DNA of 64,000 bases from Oikopleura dioica (lineage: Eukaryota > Animalia > Chordata): the NCBI GenBank assembly GCA_907165135.1, contig OU015566.1:7440001-7504000 (forward strand), in the 5' to 3' direction. A program made the position numbers and the translations under genes. The stretch's first letter is position 1, and each line of letters opens with the position of its first letter. This document shows, one piece after another, positions 1-12,700 of the stretch. The notes beneath the pieces were generated by a model, which worked only from the letters and a program-made list of their open reading frames with translations, made no database searches and was not told the origin of the DNA.

Positions 1-1783
1 TGTCCGAACCCTGATTCTCTCGGTATCATTCGACCTATTTTCGCCGATCGAGTCTGTGACAGTGTTCCCGATTGTGAAGATGGAGCTGATGAGGACGGAA
101 GAATGGGAGAATGCCGAATGCCAGCTGAGTATGTACCTAATTCATCCCTCATCCTTCTTTAGCAAAAATCATCATATTTTCAGACAAACTCCCAACGGCT
201 GCTGCCGAACATTGATTGTCGCCAACGGTGACATCTGCAACTACCGAGGCTTCTTTATGGGCCGAGATGCTTACCAATGTCAGCGAGTCGCAAAAGAAAC
301 CTCTCGAACTGGAACTTTTGTACTCTACTCCCACTTCAGAATTTTCAACATCCAAGATAGAAAATTCAAGCGAGGATGGATTTGGTCGCGAACTGGTTTC
401 GTCTCTGCGGGAACTCAATACTTAGGACTCAAGTTCTCTGACGGCAAATGCCCGATTGAAGGAGCACTGGATGACTGGAGAAACGCACCTTCAGTCTATT
501 GCAAACGACTCGGTCTTACTGAGGCTGGAAAGGCGACTGTTGCGAGATTGATTGAAGAAGCAAAAGTTGAAATTGAGTTTGGTGTGAAAAATGAATTCGA
601 ACTACAAGTTGCAAGCTCTAGCACTTCAACCACCACAACAACAACTACAACAACAACTACTACAACCACGACAACAACCACGACAACAACGACTACCACA
701 ACTACTACTACTACTACTACCACTACTACGACGACGACGACTACAACAACAACCACTACTACTACAACAACAACGACAACAACGACAACAACAACAACAA
801 CAACCACAACCACAACTACGACTACGACTACAACTACAACTACAACTACAACCACAACCACAACAACCACGACAACCACAACGACAACGACAACCACCAC
901 AACTACAACGACAACTACCACAACAACAACTACTACGACAACAACTTCGACAACCACAACCACGACAACGACTACCACTTCAACAACTACTACAACAACA
1001 ACAACTACCACAACTACGACAACCACGACGACAACCTCGACTACTTCTACTACAACTACCTCGACATCGACGTCCACAACTTCAACGACAACCACCACAA
1101 CAACTACGACCACCACAACAACTACCACAACCACGACTACGACGACCACAACCACAACAACCACTACAACCACCTCGACTACCGAAAACATTAGTTGTTT
1201 CGCCGACTTTGCTGCTGCCTACCAGACTGATCTATCAACTTGTCCAGCTCCATCTTGTTCTGGATACCACGTTGAAGTTGTCGACTCCTGGGTTTCTCGC
1301 CTTGGAAAGAAACACCAATCATATGGGCATTCTCTCAAGATTCATGTCAACCAAGCGCAATACGATGCAAATGGCTGGACCATGGTCATGGCAATCAATT
1401 CGACTAGAATGTTCGTCTCGAGTTGGAATGTCTGGTTCAAGGATGTTTTCGAAGAGAGCGACAGGACTTCCATTGTCCTTCACCAAAAGCACTCTGATGA
1501 AGAAGAGCAGAAAGATCTTCATGGACAATACTCATTTAGCATAGTAATTGACTGGCTGCGCACTTCAGATCTTCGTATGATGATTTAATATTGTTTTGAA
1601 CTTTTAACAAAACTTCCTTTAGCTCAAATTTTCTTCTTTGAAAGACGCCTGAACGACCTTTCCTGTGTCTCAACCGATCCAACAGGATATGCAGCTGCGA
1701 TCGCGAAGCGAGGTAAAGTCAAAGACTGGATGGACGTCAACACCGTCGTCCTTACTGAGCGCGGCGGCCTCCGCGTAAAGTAA
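1..1783 (+). CDS. Secreted mucin-like modular protein, 5'-partial: LDLa-like motif, Cys-rich domain, ~187-residue Thr tract, CBM2-like C-terminal domain (oikosin-like candidate)
   Basis: Frame 1 from base 1 reads CPNPDSLGIIRPIFADRVCDSVPDCEDGADE (LDLa-like DC.DGADE). A GT-AG intron from 129 to 162 or 183 joins it in frame to ORF 56..1588. Intron 1575..1622 joins the last exon PQIFFFERRL...GGLRVK* (stop 1781-1783). Confidence 0.8.
623..1183 (+). repeat. Imperfect (ACN)n coding repeat encoding poly-Thr with occasional Ser
   Basis: About 187 consecutive ACA/ACC/ACT/ACG codons with mixed third positions and a few TCN codons. Confidence 0.97.
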
Positions 1784-2150
1784 GTGATTCACCACGGTTT
1801 GGCCGGCCGTACCAATTTATAAAAAGAAAATCAACCAGCGGCGGAATACCCGATTTATATTCTTATATACTGTACATATGCATTTACTAACAAAAAACAA
1901 ACACGCAAAAACGGAAAGTTTTTCACGGGGAAAATAATTCCGTTTTTAATTGACTAACCCTTTTTCAATAAACTAAACCAGAAAAAATCTGTATCAACAA
2001 GTGAAATCATATCCAGGAGCACCTAATCACAGCCAGCATCAGCTAATTTCCTCGTAATCAGCTCATCAGCTCGAGCTCGGATGCAGTACCCCGCTAAGAT
2101 TTCCTAACCTGCAGAGATACGGAATGCTCTCGGGCACTTTCACCAAAGCA

Positions 2151-2158
2151 TATATAAA
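2151..2158 (+). promoter_or_regulatory. Putative TATA box of the homeobox gene
   Basis: TATATAAA lies 46 nt upstream of ATG 2197, suggesting 2197 rather than 2161 is the start. Confidence 0.4.
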
Positions 2159-2160
2159 TC

Positions 2161-2721
2161 ATGACTTCTACAAATTTTCAAAAACAAAAATACAAAATGA
2201 GTCAAACATCAGTCGCATTTCGAACAAAGTTTACACCACTAGAAGTCGAAGCCCTCAATGAGATCTTCGAAAATCACAAGCAGTATCCCAATCGAAAAGT
2301 GATGGAAAACACGGCCGACCTTCTCGATAAACCTCCTCAAGTCATCAAGAATTGGTTCCGAAATAAGCGAAAATCACTTCACTGGCGAAGAACCCGTCGA
2401 CATCACAATCAATCATCGCCATCATCATCCTCTCTCTCGCCGACAACTGAGCAGGAAACTCCTTCACCACCACCACCTGCATCACCGAAATCAAATGACG
2501 TCCCTGATTCTCCCGCTTTCATAAAACAAGAGATCCAGCAGCCGGAAGAACAAGAGGAAATCAAGCAGGTTGAGATCATCCAACCTTCATCCCCCTTCAA
2601 CTCGCAGTTCTACGCCGATTCGCTTCGAATAAACCAGACCTACTACCTCCAGCATTTTTTCTTTAATACCTACTTTCCTATCACATCTGCTTCTCCTGTT
2701 TTCTTTCCTATTTCTCAATAA
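2161..2721 (+). CDS. Intronless divergent homeodomain protein
   Basis: FRTKFTPLEVEALNEIFENHKQYPNRKVMENTADLLDKPPQVIKNWFRNKRK has the helix-3 WFxN motif and the F/L/YP pattern, followed by a Ser/Pro-rich tail. Class not assignable. Confidence 0.85.
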   Translation: MTSTNFQKQKYKMSQTSVAFRTKFTPLEVEALNEIFENHKQYPNRKVMENTADLLDKPPQVIKNWFRNKRKSLHWRRTRRHHNQSSPSSSSLSPTTEQETPSPPPPASPKSNDVPDSPAFIKQEIQQPEEQEEIKQVEIIQPSSPFNSQFYADSLRINQTYYLQHFFFNTYFPITSASPVFFPISQ

Positions 2722-4407
2722 ATATCAAATCCTTATCCATGCTTCCATTATTGCTCAAAACTCTCCAGCATTGAACTTGACCCCGCGCGGCACTCGTGGT
2801 TGATTTAGTACCGCTAACTGTATAAAACTTATCACTCAGTACGAGAACTGCATTGCAACATGTGAAAAGTGTCTCAGCGTTGAGTCGAGGCGTCATCAAG
2901 CTGGCCCTGTGCCATGAATTGACACTTTCTGCATTTTCAGAAAGATCAACTTGTCTATTCTTCTGAGAAGCGAAGAGATGAGCTCTGAGAGACGGGTCGT
3001 TATTTAATGAGAAAATTAATAATGATCAGCTTTTTTTGGAAAAAAATTCTTGCCAAAATAATGAAAATTAAAATTCAACCATTTGAAATTCATCAGTTAC
3101 ATTCTCTCATATGTCAGAAAACTAAAAACTGAAGTTATTTTTACTGAACAAAAAAAACAGTAGCTAACTGAAAGAGCCCTGATCAGATAACAATGGGAGC
3201 AATTTTCATAGACTATGAATCATAGTTCGAAATAAAATATAAGTACCCAACGAAAAGAAACAATCAATCATCAACATCATCAAACATGAAAAAGTACGGA
3301 CAATGTCCTCAGGAACTGGTCGACCTCCTCAGTAAAAAAGTCAAAAAGAACGACAGTAACAACTACAAGTACGAGAATCTAACAAATTAACGCCTTCTGA
3401 AAATAACCCCTGAGGACAACACCATCAAACAGCGAATTACAGTGAGTCAGATTATGAGGATCGATCTCCGAATCCAATAACTCCTGACAACCAAGTGTTC
3501 TATCCAGAGTCGCCGGAAAGTGTCCGTTCCAATGACAACTCGCCAAGGAATCGCTCAACATGACATTTGAATGTAAGCATGGAAAGGGAGTCCGCAATCC
3601 CACAACCGATGGTTAAAATCAATATCACCCATCTGAGTTAGAGCGTTCTGGTTCCAACTAGTTCGGAAACTCAAGAATCAATTCTTACATTTGATTTTGG
3701 TTTAACCACAAGAGGTGTGTATAAAAACTGTATAAAATGAAGCGAAAGAGTTGAGCGGAAATCAGAACGTCTGGAATCAGTCGATTCAGAAGAATAAAAC
3801 TTGCCCAGAAGACAACTCGTGGCCGGTGGAAAAGGGATCATCATCACGATTTTCGCCTCTATTACCTCGTAACCGCTTGAACTTTACTTAAAAAGTGCAA
3901 GCTTGGAGTTCCGCTAATTGTTTACGAGAAAATTCGAATCCCTCATAAAGATGGTGATGGACAGTCTGATCACGCACATCCCAAAGAATCGCGAGCCGCT
4001 CAAAGAGATCAAACGCGTCTCCGACGTTGTGCCCTTGGCCAACTCAAAAGTCCTCCATAAAAACACGGCGAAATCAGTGATGACAGTCATTCCCCTGAAA
4101 TTGAAGATTCCCACAGTGAGCGGAGAGAGTGTTCAGAAAAATCAGCAGCCAGCGATGGTGATGGAGAATCCTGTCATTCGCTTGCCACAAGAGTTTAATC
4201 AAGAGTAAGAAAATCATTTTTTTTGCTACACTCTTTCGAATTTTTATGACCTTTGATTTCTCTTCGAGTCAGAAGCCATTCAAGTTCACGTCAGGTTTCT
4301 ACGAGTACGTGCCGTAGTACTGTAGATCCTCGACAATATTTTTAACAAGGTCGTTTTCGCCACCGTGAACTCGTTTTTTTCCTGCTCATCGTTGTGATAA
4401 TGATAAA

Positions 4408-5262
4408 TTGCGCCGCAAATTATTCGGTAATCGACGAGGCCCACTGGGACTCGAGGATGGCGGAGAACACGCGACTCGGGCAAGTTTGAGCGAGAAAATT
4501 ATTTCAGTGTTAATTTCAGAGAACGACGATTTTCGGAAGAGTCTATTCCTTCTACTGTCGATTCGTCGGTTTACAGGACGCCCAGGGGCGAGAGCCCGCA
4601 ATCAGTAAGTGGACAAGCTTATCAATTATTGAAGCTACAGGAGGATCTGTTTACAGTTATTAATTAATTCTTTATTCTTAGTTTCACGAATCAGCTGAAC
4701 ACCCGTTTCAGTCGTATCTTGGCAGAATGACTTCAGAGTAAGCGCAACAAAAAAATGATAAAAAATGAGCCTCTTTCTGCTAGTTTAGAGGGAGAAGACA
4801 TAGAGGTCAAAATTTCAAAATGTCTGGATATCGTCAAAGAAGCCATCGTTAGTAGCGTTAGAGAAGAAATCGAACGAACAAGACTTGCGTATGAACAGAC
4901 CGCGAATGAACTACAGGTTGATCAATTGATTATAAGAGCAAGCAATCAGTAAGTTCATTCAGTGTCTTCGAGATGAATATCGTCTCTGCAAATCTCTACT
5001 CACCGAATCCCAATTGCACCAATTCCAAAGTCAGCTTCAACTTTTGAATGAAAGAAGAAAAAGACAAATTGATCAGGTATTGCATCCTTTCTCGAAATTA
5101 ATTGCAAAATTATTTGTAAGTCGACGGCAATTACACCAATGGACGATGGCAGAAATCACTTTTACGATAACTGCTGAAAATAAATTATCCGTCATTCGAA
5201 ATTTTTACAATTTTAGGCAATTCAACTTTATTACTGTCTTGTATTTTGAAGGTATTCTCGTA
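4408..5262 (+). CDS. Hypothetical multi-exon coiled-coil protein (boundaries uncertain)
   Basis: Open exons bounded by GT-AG: ERRFSEESIPSTVDSSVYRTPRGESPQS | FHESAEHPFQSYLGRMTS | ..IERTRLAYEQTANELQ | CLRDEYRLCKSLLTESQLHQFQSQLQLLNERRKRQIDQ. Confidence 0.45.
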
Positions 5263-5716
5263 CGTACTGACGAACTTCATTCTCAGTAGATTTAGCTACG
5301 GCTGGTTCATCTTCTGGTGGACTTGGCATCACAGATCTCATCGAGTTATCAGTCGCTGAAAATAGTGTTTCAGATATTGAAATCTTGAGTTTACCTCTTT
5401 CTTGATTTTGGTTATTTTGGAGCGATTCGACTGAAGATCGAATGGGGTCCGCTTGCGAGTTCTTCAAAAAATCGCAGTTTCCAGTTCCAGAGATACAATT
5501 TCTCAACCATTCTGACCCGGGCCTCACCTATAAATAATAATTCGGCGATGATACCACCAAAATTACCTGAATGTACTCTTCGATAAAGGCGCTTATCGGC
5601 TCTCTCAAATGCTCGACGTTAGAAGGGACCTGCTGCCCTTCGCCAAACTGAGTTCTTCGATTTTGAACAGGAGCACAATATAACGCAGCTACTAAAGCTG
5701 CTGAAATTAGCTTCAT
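5231..5716 (-). CDS. Small putative secreted protein, two exons
   Basis: Signal-peptide-like MKLISAALVAALYCAP. A phase-0 GT-AG intron (about 5528-5566) joins ..EEYIQ to VRPGSEWLRNCISGTGNCDF.. Confidence 0.5.
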
Positions 5717-6759
5717 CCTTCCAAAAGTCCTTCTCTCTCGTCAAATCTTGACTACAGAGCAATGAACCTTCAGACAGGATTAAACCTGGCATGTTTATTC
5801 AGGGCGACCAGAATTGAATATATGGAAAGCTATGTTAATTAAGTGATAAATGAGTTCTCCCAGACCAAGTAAACGTTCAAAATTCTATTTAAAATGAAGT
5901 TCGATTTGATAATCTCTTCCTTGATTTCAATAGCAAGTTTGGGTGAAATAATGAAGATTTTTTTTAAGTTTGAAATCGAAGAATTCTAATCTTAGTAATT
6001 TTTGTTTTATTTTTTGATAATTTTTTTGATAAAAAATATTCTTCTGTAAAAATCAAAATCTTTCACCCGATAGTTCAAGTAGAATTGCCGAAAATGCCGA
6101 CCTGCCAGTCGACTGCGCTAGCGGTTGTCATTTCGGACTCCAAAAATGTTCGTCTTTTCAATCTTGATGCAGACAGTCGAGCGTGTACCTTGGCGTTATC
6201 AATCACTCGGCAGCTTCCTGCTGCGTTGCGTCTCTCCGCTGGGCTCAGATGGCGCTCGCGAGTCGTTCTCGACGCAGCGGATCGCCGCGCTCGCCTCAAA
6301 TATTTCCCCTGATAACGATATAAACACATCTAGATATAAAATAAGAAAAACTAAACAAGTCTAAACTTGTTTCGCCTGGCAATAATAAATTCGAAGATTA
6401 CGACGGGAGAGAGAGAGTTACGTTGGCACGTGTCTAGGGCAAGAAAAACGACAGAGAAAGGAGCAAAGATAAAGATAGAGAGAGAGAATCGTAAAACGAC
6501 GACTCGTAATAAAAATAACGAAAAGGCGCAGAATCCCCATCTCAAAATCCCGCGCAAAGAATAAAAAAGACTCAAATCCACGAATCTCCATTCAGAAGAT
6601 CCAAGAAGAATCATCAACGGAAAGAAAAAAACCGTATAGCGAGCTGGTATCAAATTGTTGATAAGAAATAAGGATCCCAGAGGCTGCAAGGGATCAATTA
6701 AGAAACAAGAGAGAGAGACGAGAAAAAACGTAGAGATAGTACAAAGAAGAGAAATCACG

Positions 6760-6789
6760 ATGCCGTCAAATCCTAACGATGTCAAAATG
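6760..6789 (+). CDS. QKI: Candidate first coding micro-exon of QKI isoform A ([10 protein letters not shown])
   Basis: ATG followed by donor ATG|GTATGT, phase 0, compatible with acceptor TTTCAG|TTC at 8446. Confidence 0.5.
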
Positions 6790-9700
6790 GTATGTAAGAA
6801 GCGGACCCCCTTAAAGCCGGTTGTCCTTGCCGGAGATTTTATCTGATCCGCGAAATGATCCGCATAATTTGTGAAAATCGAAGTTCTGAATCAACAAATC
6901 ACGTACCACCCAATTAGCCTGAATGTTTATCAAAGACCTGGCTAGGCAATTCCAGCGCTAGAATGACAATAGCAGACCCCACAAGGGGTAAAATACCTAT
7001 TTAATTAGTAAGAGTCAGTACCCGCGGGGCAGAGTCGCGCAGGAATGTCGACCACGATCCTTCAGATCAGAGTCTCTCAGTCCGAAAACGCCTCAGATAA
7101 AGAAATTTAATTCCTGTCTATATTTTCAAATAATAACATCATTTCCCAAGGCCGTAACTGATACCAGACCGGCCATAAAGGAAATCTTCGACGTCTTAAA
7201 TCGCTTTCATAGCAATTAAAATTAACGTAATTCATTGATTCAAAACTTATGATAAGTTCAAGAATGGCCGGTCTATCAGACCGAACCTTCGGCTAATAAA
7301 TAATTTCATAAAACTCTCCGAAATTTTAACGACCCGTGCTAGAGCAGATTTTTTATGAAAAGGACCTCCGTTGATGACCACGAAAGCGTTTAATTTTCGT
7401 TGCGGGTTGTACTCATCAATTATTTTTTTAAAGTCTATTCGTAAAGTTGCGTTTTCTTGGACCGATTGATGTTTATTGCATTGCCCGGTCATAAATTTTG
7501 AACTCTAGAATTATGACAGGTCTAGCATACGGGCCATTCAGGAACAGCCCCGTGAGAATAAATTGCTTTACGAGTAATTCTCTAATCCAGTGAGCTATTC
7601 AAAATACTTTCCCGCGATTTATGAAGGGATTTTTTAACCCCTCAGCGCATTTCTGCCAGTTCTGCGGGCGCAGGGCATGAACTGTAGATTCCCTTATGCT
7701 TTATGGTTAGGGTTAGGGTTAGGGTTAAAAAGTCCGCTTTGATAACTCTTGGCAATATTTTTCGCAGGTCCGATATTGTTGATGTCACCAGTCGGTTTCA
7801 GCAAATGAGCCTGGATCAGTGCGGACGATTATTTTACATAAGTGCTCACCTTAACAACTGAAACCTGATATGCCAAGGATCAGCCACATTTACGGTCAAA
7901 AATTGACTCGATACTTCAACGCCCTACTTTTTTTGCAAATTAACAAAAAACTCAATTAATTTAATTAACTATCTACCAATTCAAATGAACTCAGAGGGTT
8001 GTTGCGGAGGATCTTGTCCGATGTGACGCGTTTTGTTTGCTCAACCCTTGTTCCACTGTAGCTCTGGGTCGAGGGTTTTGTACTTTTTTGATAAATGAAA
8101 GGCTCGTTTAGCGATAGTACGTGAAAAGACTCGGCCAGGGCCCGGTGTCACTTTCTAACAGCCACCTAAAAATACAATCATCCAACAATTACCGTTAGAA
8201 ATACAACTCTACTAAGAGAAACTGCAAGTCGAATAAGGGAAAGAGAGAGATAATTTTAAAAAGAAGACGAAATTTTAATGGTAAATATAATTTCTGTCGA
8301 ATAGCCATAAAAGGAATTTTTTGTTTTATTTTTTAATTTTATGTTATAAGAAAGTCTAGTAGACAGATTCTAGAGAATGAAAAGGAAGCAGCGAAAAAGA
8401 TATTTTGATAATAAAAAGTTCAATTTTTTGACGACAACGTTTCAGTTCATGAAAGAAGAGCAGTTCATGATGCCGGCAGGATTCGACGAAAACGACAAAA
8501 AGACGCGTGACAAGTGTCTCTATCTGAAGCAGCTCCTGGCAGATAAACGCACGATGGCCCAGATGCCCGGCGCTTTCACTCACCTTGACCGCCTCTTAGA
8601 CGATGGTAAGTACCAAAGAACTTTTTATTGAAAGATTTGATATGAGAAAATGTTTGGACAAAAGAGTAAAAAAGTAAAATTTAAAAATCCCCGTGTCTAA
8701 AAATCAAAACAAGAGGCATCATTTTGAAGTGCTCCCGCGGTGAAGGCAAAGCCAGCCTCCAAGTGCCGCGAAAATATACGAAACAAGGGGCGGATTCAGG
8801 CTCAAGTGCGTGCACCAGCCCGGCTTATCTGAATCCCTTCGTTCTTTTGAACACCTCCGTGGAGGAATTAGATGCGAATAAACACCACAAAAATATTTTC
8901 AACAAAACACTTTCTTTCTTGGAAACTTTTCAAATCTGGTCTTTCTTTTCAAAAAAAGAGTAGAAATCGAGAATTCAAATCTGACAGTAGACTTTACTTA
9001 CAGGCTTTACATAGTGATACCCTTATTTAACTTGACCATAAATGTGCAAAAATAGGGAGATCACTATCATAATTCTTGGAGAAAACGGTCTGTTTTGGCT
9101 CTTAAAATTTCGAAAAAAGAAAAAAAAGAAAAGCTTGGCTCATTAATAAAATAGTAAAAGACAAGGAAATTCTAGCCGCGCGAGCAATGATCGAGCGCCA
9201 CGGGGACGTCAAGATTGATCGTCATGTTTCCTGGGGCGGAGATTCCTTCTAACTTTGAAATTGTAGCTTTCGTCTAATTTTTAGAATCAACTCTTGATAA
9301 TCAAATAATCATAAATTATCATTTGTCATCTTTTTCTTCTTTTTCACCCGTGCTATTTTCTTTCGCAAAACACTTGTCACGTGATTTGAGATTAAAAAAA
9401 GAACACGATAAGACCCGCAAGTTTGACTAAAACAAAAGACTGGTAAGGGTTGAGAAAGTACCCAAAAAGTTCAGCCTGGGTATGAGAGAAACATAAGAGG
9501 TAGGAGCACTTATCATATCACCTCTTGAGTAAAATTATCTGGGACCGGCTTTTTGCCGGAAATAGAGTTATGATTTTTCTTCTCATAAAAATCCTGGGTT
9601 AAGAAGAGACGGGACACAACAGACTTTGCGGACTGTTTTGGTGCTCTATCAAAATTCGGAAGTTTTATGATGATTTTTACAATTGCAATTGCCAAGGGTC

Positions 9701-12700
9701 GATAATTTCCTCGAGTCCGACTCAATCACGTTCGGGCTCGTCAAGCTTAAGGGCCTTGATGTTTAACGAGGCTGATCATTTATAGCGCGCTTCTAAATCA
9801 TTCAAGGTCTAAAAATTTTAAAAGTACGATGAATAATGTTTAGTAAAAATTGCTCCTCAGGAGCCGCTTCATGTTTCTAGCGCTCTTTTTGCAAATCGGA
9901 TTTGATTCACTTGCTGCTGACGATATGCAAGTCAAGCGAAGCCCGGGACAGGGATTTTAAATAGGGCTAGAATGATTAAATTCCAGAAATTATTTTATCA
10001 ATTTTTTTTTGAAAAGTCACCCTTTTTTATCGTTTAAAATCGTTTGAGACAACAAAATTCTATTTTAAAAATCGGGTCTCGTTGTAAAATTGTGTTTCGA
10101 TTGATTGCCAGTTTTTTTCAATCAACTCGGCCCGCTGTAATTTCCCCCGAGGCGCGTGTTCTTCCCTGGCGGCCGCTCGTTCTCTACGTAAAATGGGGCT
10201 TGATTTGTCAACTCTGGCGGCGCTAATGAACTCGGTATCTCTTGCCAGAAAGCGCGTACCGCAAGGAAACCAAAAGGCACGCAATCTCAGCCCACAACCT
10301 TTGGCTTATCGACTTTATTGGGAAATTATTACGCCTCAAACTATTGATACACTTACCGACTTTTTTTACCGGTGGAATTTCGCATCAAATTTTTATGACG
10401 CTGGAAAGAATTTGTACCGCATCAAAGATCTTAACCCTGGGCTCGGCAACCTGTGTAGAAAACCTGAGTAAGGTTCTGAAGAGCTAAAATGAAAAGCCGC
10501 ATAGCGGCTTTTTTATAAAGGAAGCCGCGAAGCGGCTTCCCAATTCATTCACTATAATTATTTTTAAAATACTCGCGAAGCCGCTTTGCGGCTTCGTTAT
10601 TGAGAAAGCCGCTACGCGGCTTTTCATTTTAGCTTTTCAAAACCTTACTCAGGTTTTCTACACAGGTTGCCGAGCCCAGTCTTAGCCCTTCCAGGCACTT
10701 TTACCAATTTAGGGGTAGCGAGAAAGAAACTGTTTATAACCGACTTTTTGTGTTGAATAATAACCGCATCGTGCAAATGCCAGGAAGCTGGGATCGGAAG
10801 GCTGTTTATCGAAAGAATGCTTATCATTTTTTCGAATCTTGAATTCCGAATTTGAAAAAATGTAGAATTCGAACGAGACCGGTTTGTTTGATATTGAAAT
10901 AGAAAAAAAACGCAGTTGGTGTTTTTAGTTTGGAACAGGTGTTTTAATCTTTCATCCACTACTTGAATCGCTCAATGACCAGCTCACTTTTGGTACAAAT
11001 GGACCCTCGAGCACACGCACAGACGGCAAAATATAACTTCGAATAACTAACTCCGTCTTGCTGTTAATTTTTTAATTTCTGAAAGAGTCTCAATTTTAAA
11101 TTTTGCCAACAAGTTCATTTCTTAGCAATCAATTTTAACCCATTACGGCTCTTGGACCATCTTTCTGGTTCAAGAATTGAAATGAAAATGCAAAATGGTT
11201 GACTTTTCTTTCTTCAAAAATCTTTTCAGAAAAGCCGCATGCGGCTTTTTATTTAAAAAAATCAAAGAAACAACCTTGATAGTAAATTTTAACCCATTAC
11301 CTCGTTTGGACCATCATCTTGGCTCAAGAATCAAAAATAGTGAAAATTTCAATTCGCCAAAAACTCTTTTTCAAAAGCCGCATGCGGCTTTCTTTTCTGA
11401 GAAAAGAAATGACCCTAGTTGTAATCAGTTGAAGAAAAAGATAAACTAAAATAACCATACTAAAACTCTCCGTCGAACTTCAATTCTTCTGGCCGTACTT
11501 TTATGCACATAATTCTTCGATTGCCATCGGCGCATATGTATCAGCCTTTTTCTTTTGGTTTATCAGCGGTGGTGTCCCGCGGAGCGCCCTCTTCCGAGGC
11601 GCCTTGGCTTTGAGTTTCTGGGCAAGAGCGGCTTGAGCGCGCTGCTGAGCCGCGCTTGGGTCCATTCACTTTGTGACTCCCTCTGTGTTCTTCTCGCCTC
11701 TGTAACGCGCCAAGAAGAAAAAAAAAAAACGCGAAAAGTGAATTTCCTTTTTTGAAAAAAAATAACAACAAGACAAGAACAAAAGAAAGAAGAGCGCCGA
11801 AATTATAGAGCTCGCAATAAAAGATCAAAGAAACGAACAAAACAAAGAGATTTTGCAAAAAAAGAGAGATAAGAAAAACGCAGAAAAGAAACAGAAAATA
11901 ACATGCAGGGGCCTCTGCATACGATCGGGGCAGCTACAGTAGCGGCACCGTTCAAGGAAAAGGGCCATAGTATCTGACTCCTCAATTTCAGTAATTGAAA
12001 TTAACGCTTGAGTAGTTTTTTCATTACTCAGTAGTGGCGATAAATCACTGATTTCCCTACCACTTGATGCTTTAATTAATATTTAATGGAAGCACTTTTT
12101 ATTGAATTCTTGAGATGCTGGATTTTAGGTTCAGAAAACTCAAGAATTTGACTTTTGTTTTCGACCTTTTTTCGCCATTTTTTGTTCTTAAAATTTTGGA
12201 TATTTTTGTTGTTCCCATCCAAAAATAGGTTCAAAAAGAGCTTTCCGCTCTTGACCACCCAGTACCATGAGTAAGGAGTAACCGGAAACGACCTCTCAAC
12301 ACATGTAGCCAAGGTTGAGGAGCATCGTTGCGAGTCGGGTTACGCGAGCTGACACTTATCCAATTTTATAAACTCGTTCTCACGATAAATACGCCGCATT
12401 ATGACTGATTAAAAACTTGTTAACACTCGACTTTCGCGCTGCTCAGTGCTCGCATCCGGCGGCGAATGTTTCCGACTTAAAAATGCACCATAAACATTAT
12501 TACTCTTAATTACAAGCATTTTCATTGGAAGCCTAAACTTGAGGTACCAAAGTAGCCCTTCCCAAAGCCCGCCGAAAAGCCACTAGAAAGAAACGGAACC
12601 CAAATGAATTCGTCGACGAGATCTTCCAGTCCCCTCGATAGACCTGCGGCAAACGCTAGTCCGCAGGACAAAGATCGAGCTACCTATCTTCAACAACTAA

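Noticed and set aside
496-1544. Poly-Val (minus) and poly-Gln (plus) ORFs
   Set aside because: These are alternative-frame shadows of the ACN Thr repeat.
3285-4208. Short plus-strand ORFs (MKKYGQCP.., TPEDNHQT.., FTRKFESL..)
   Set aside because: I could not build a consistent spliced model and recognised no homology.
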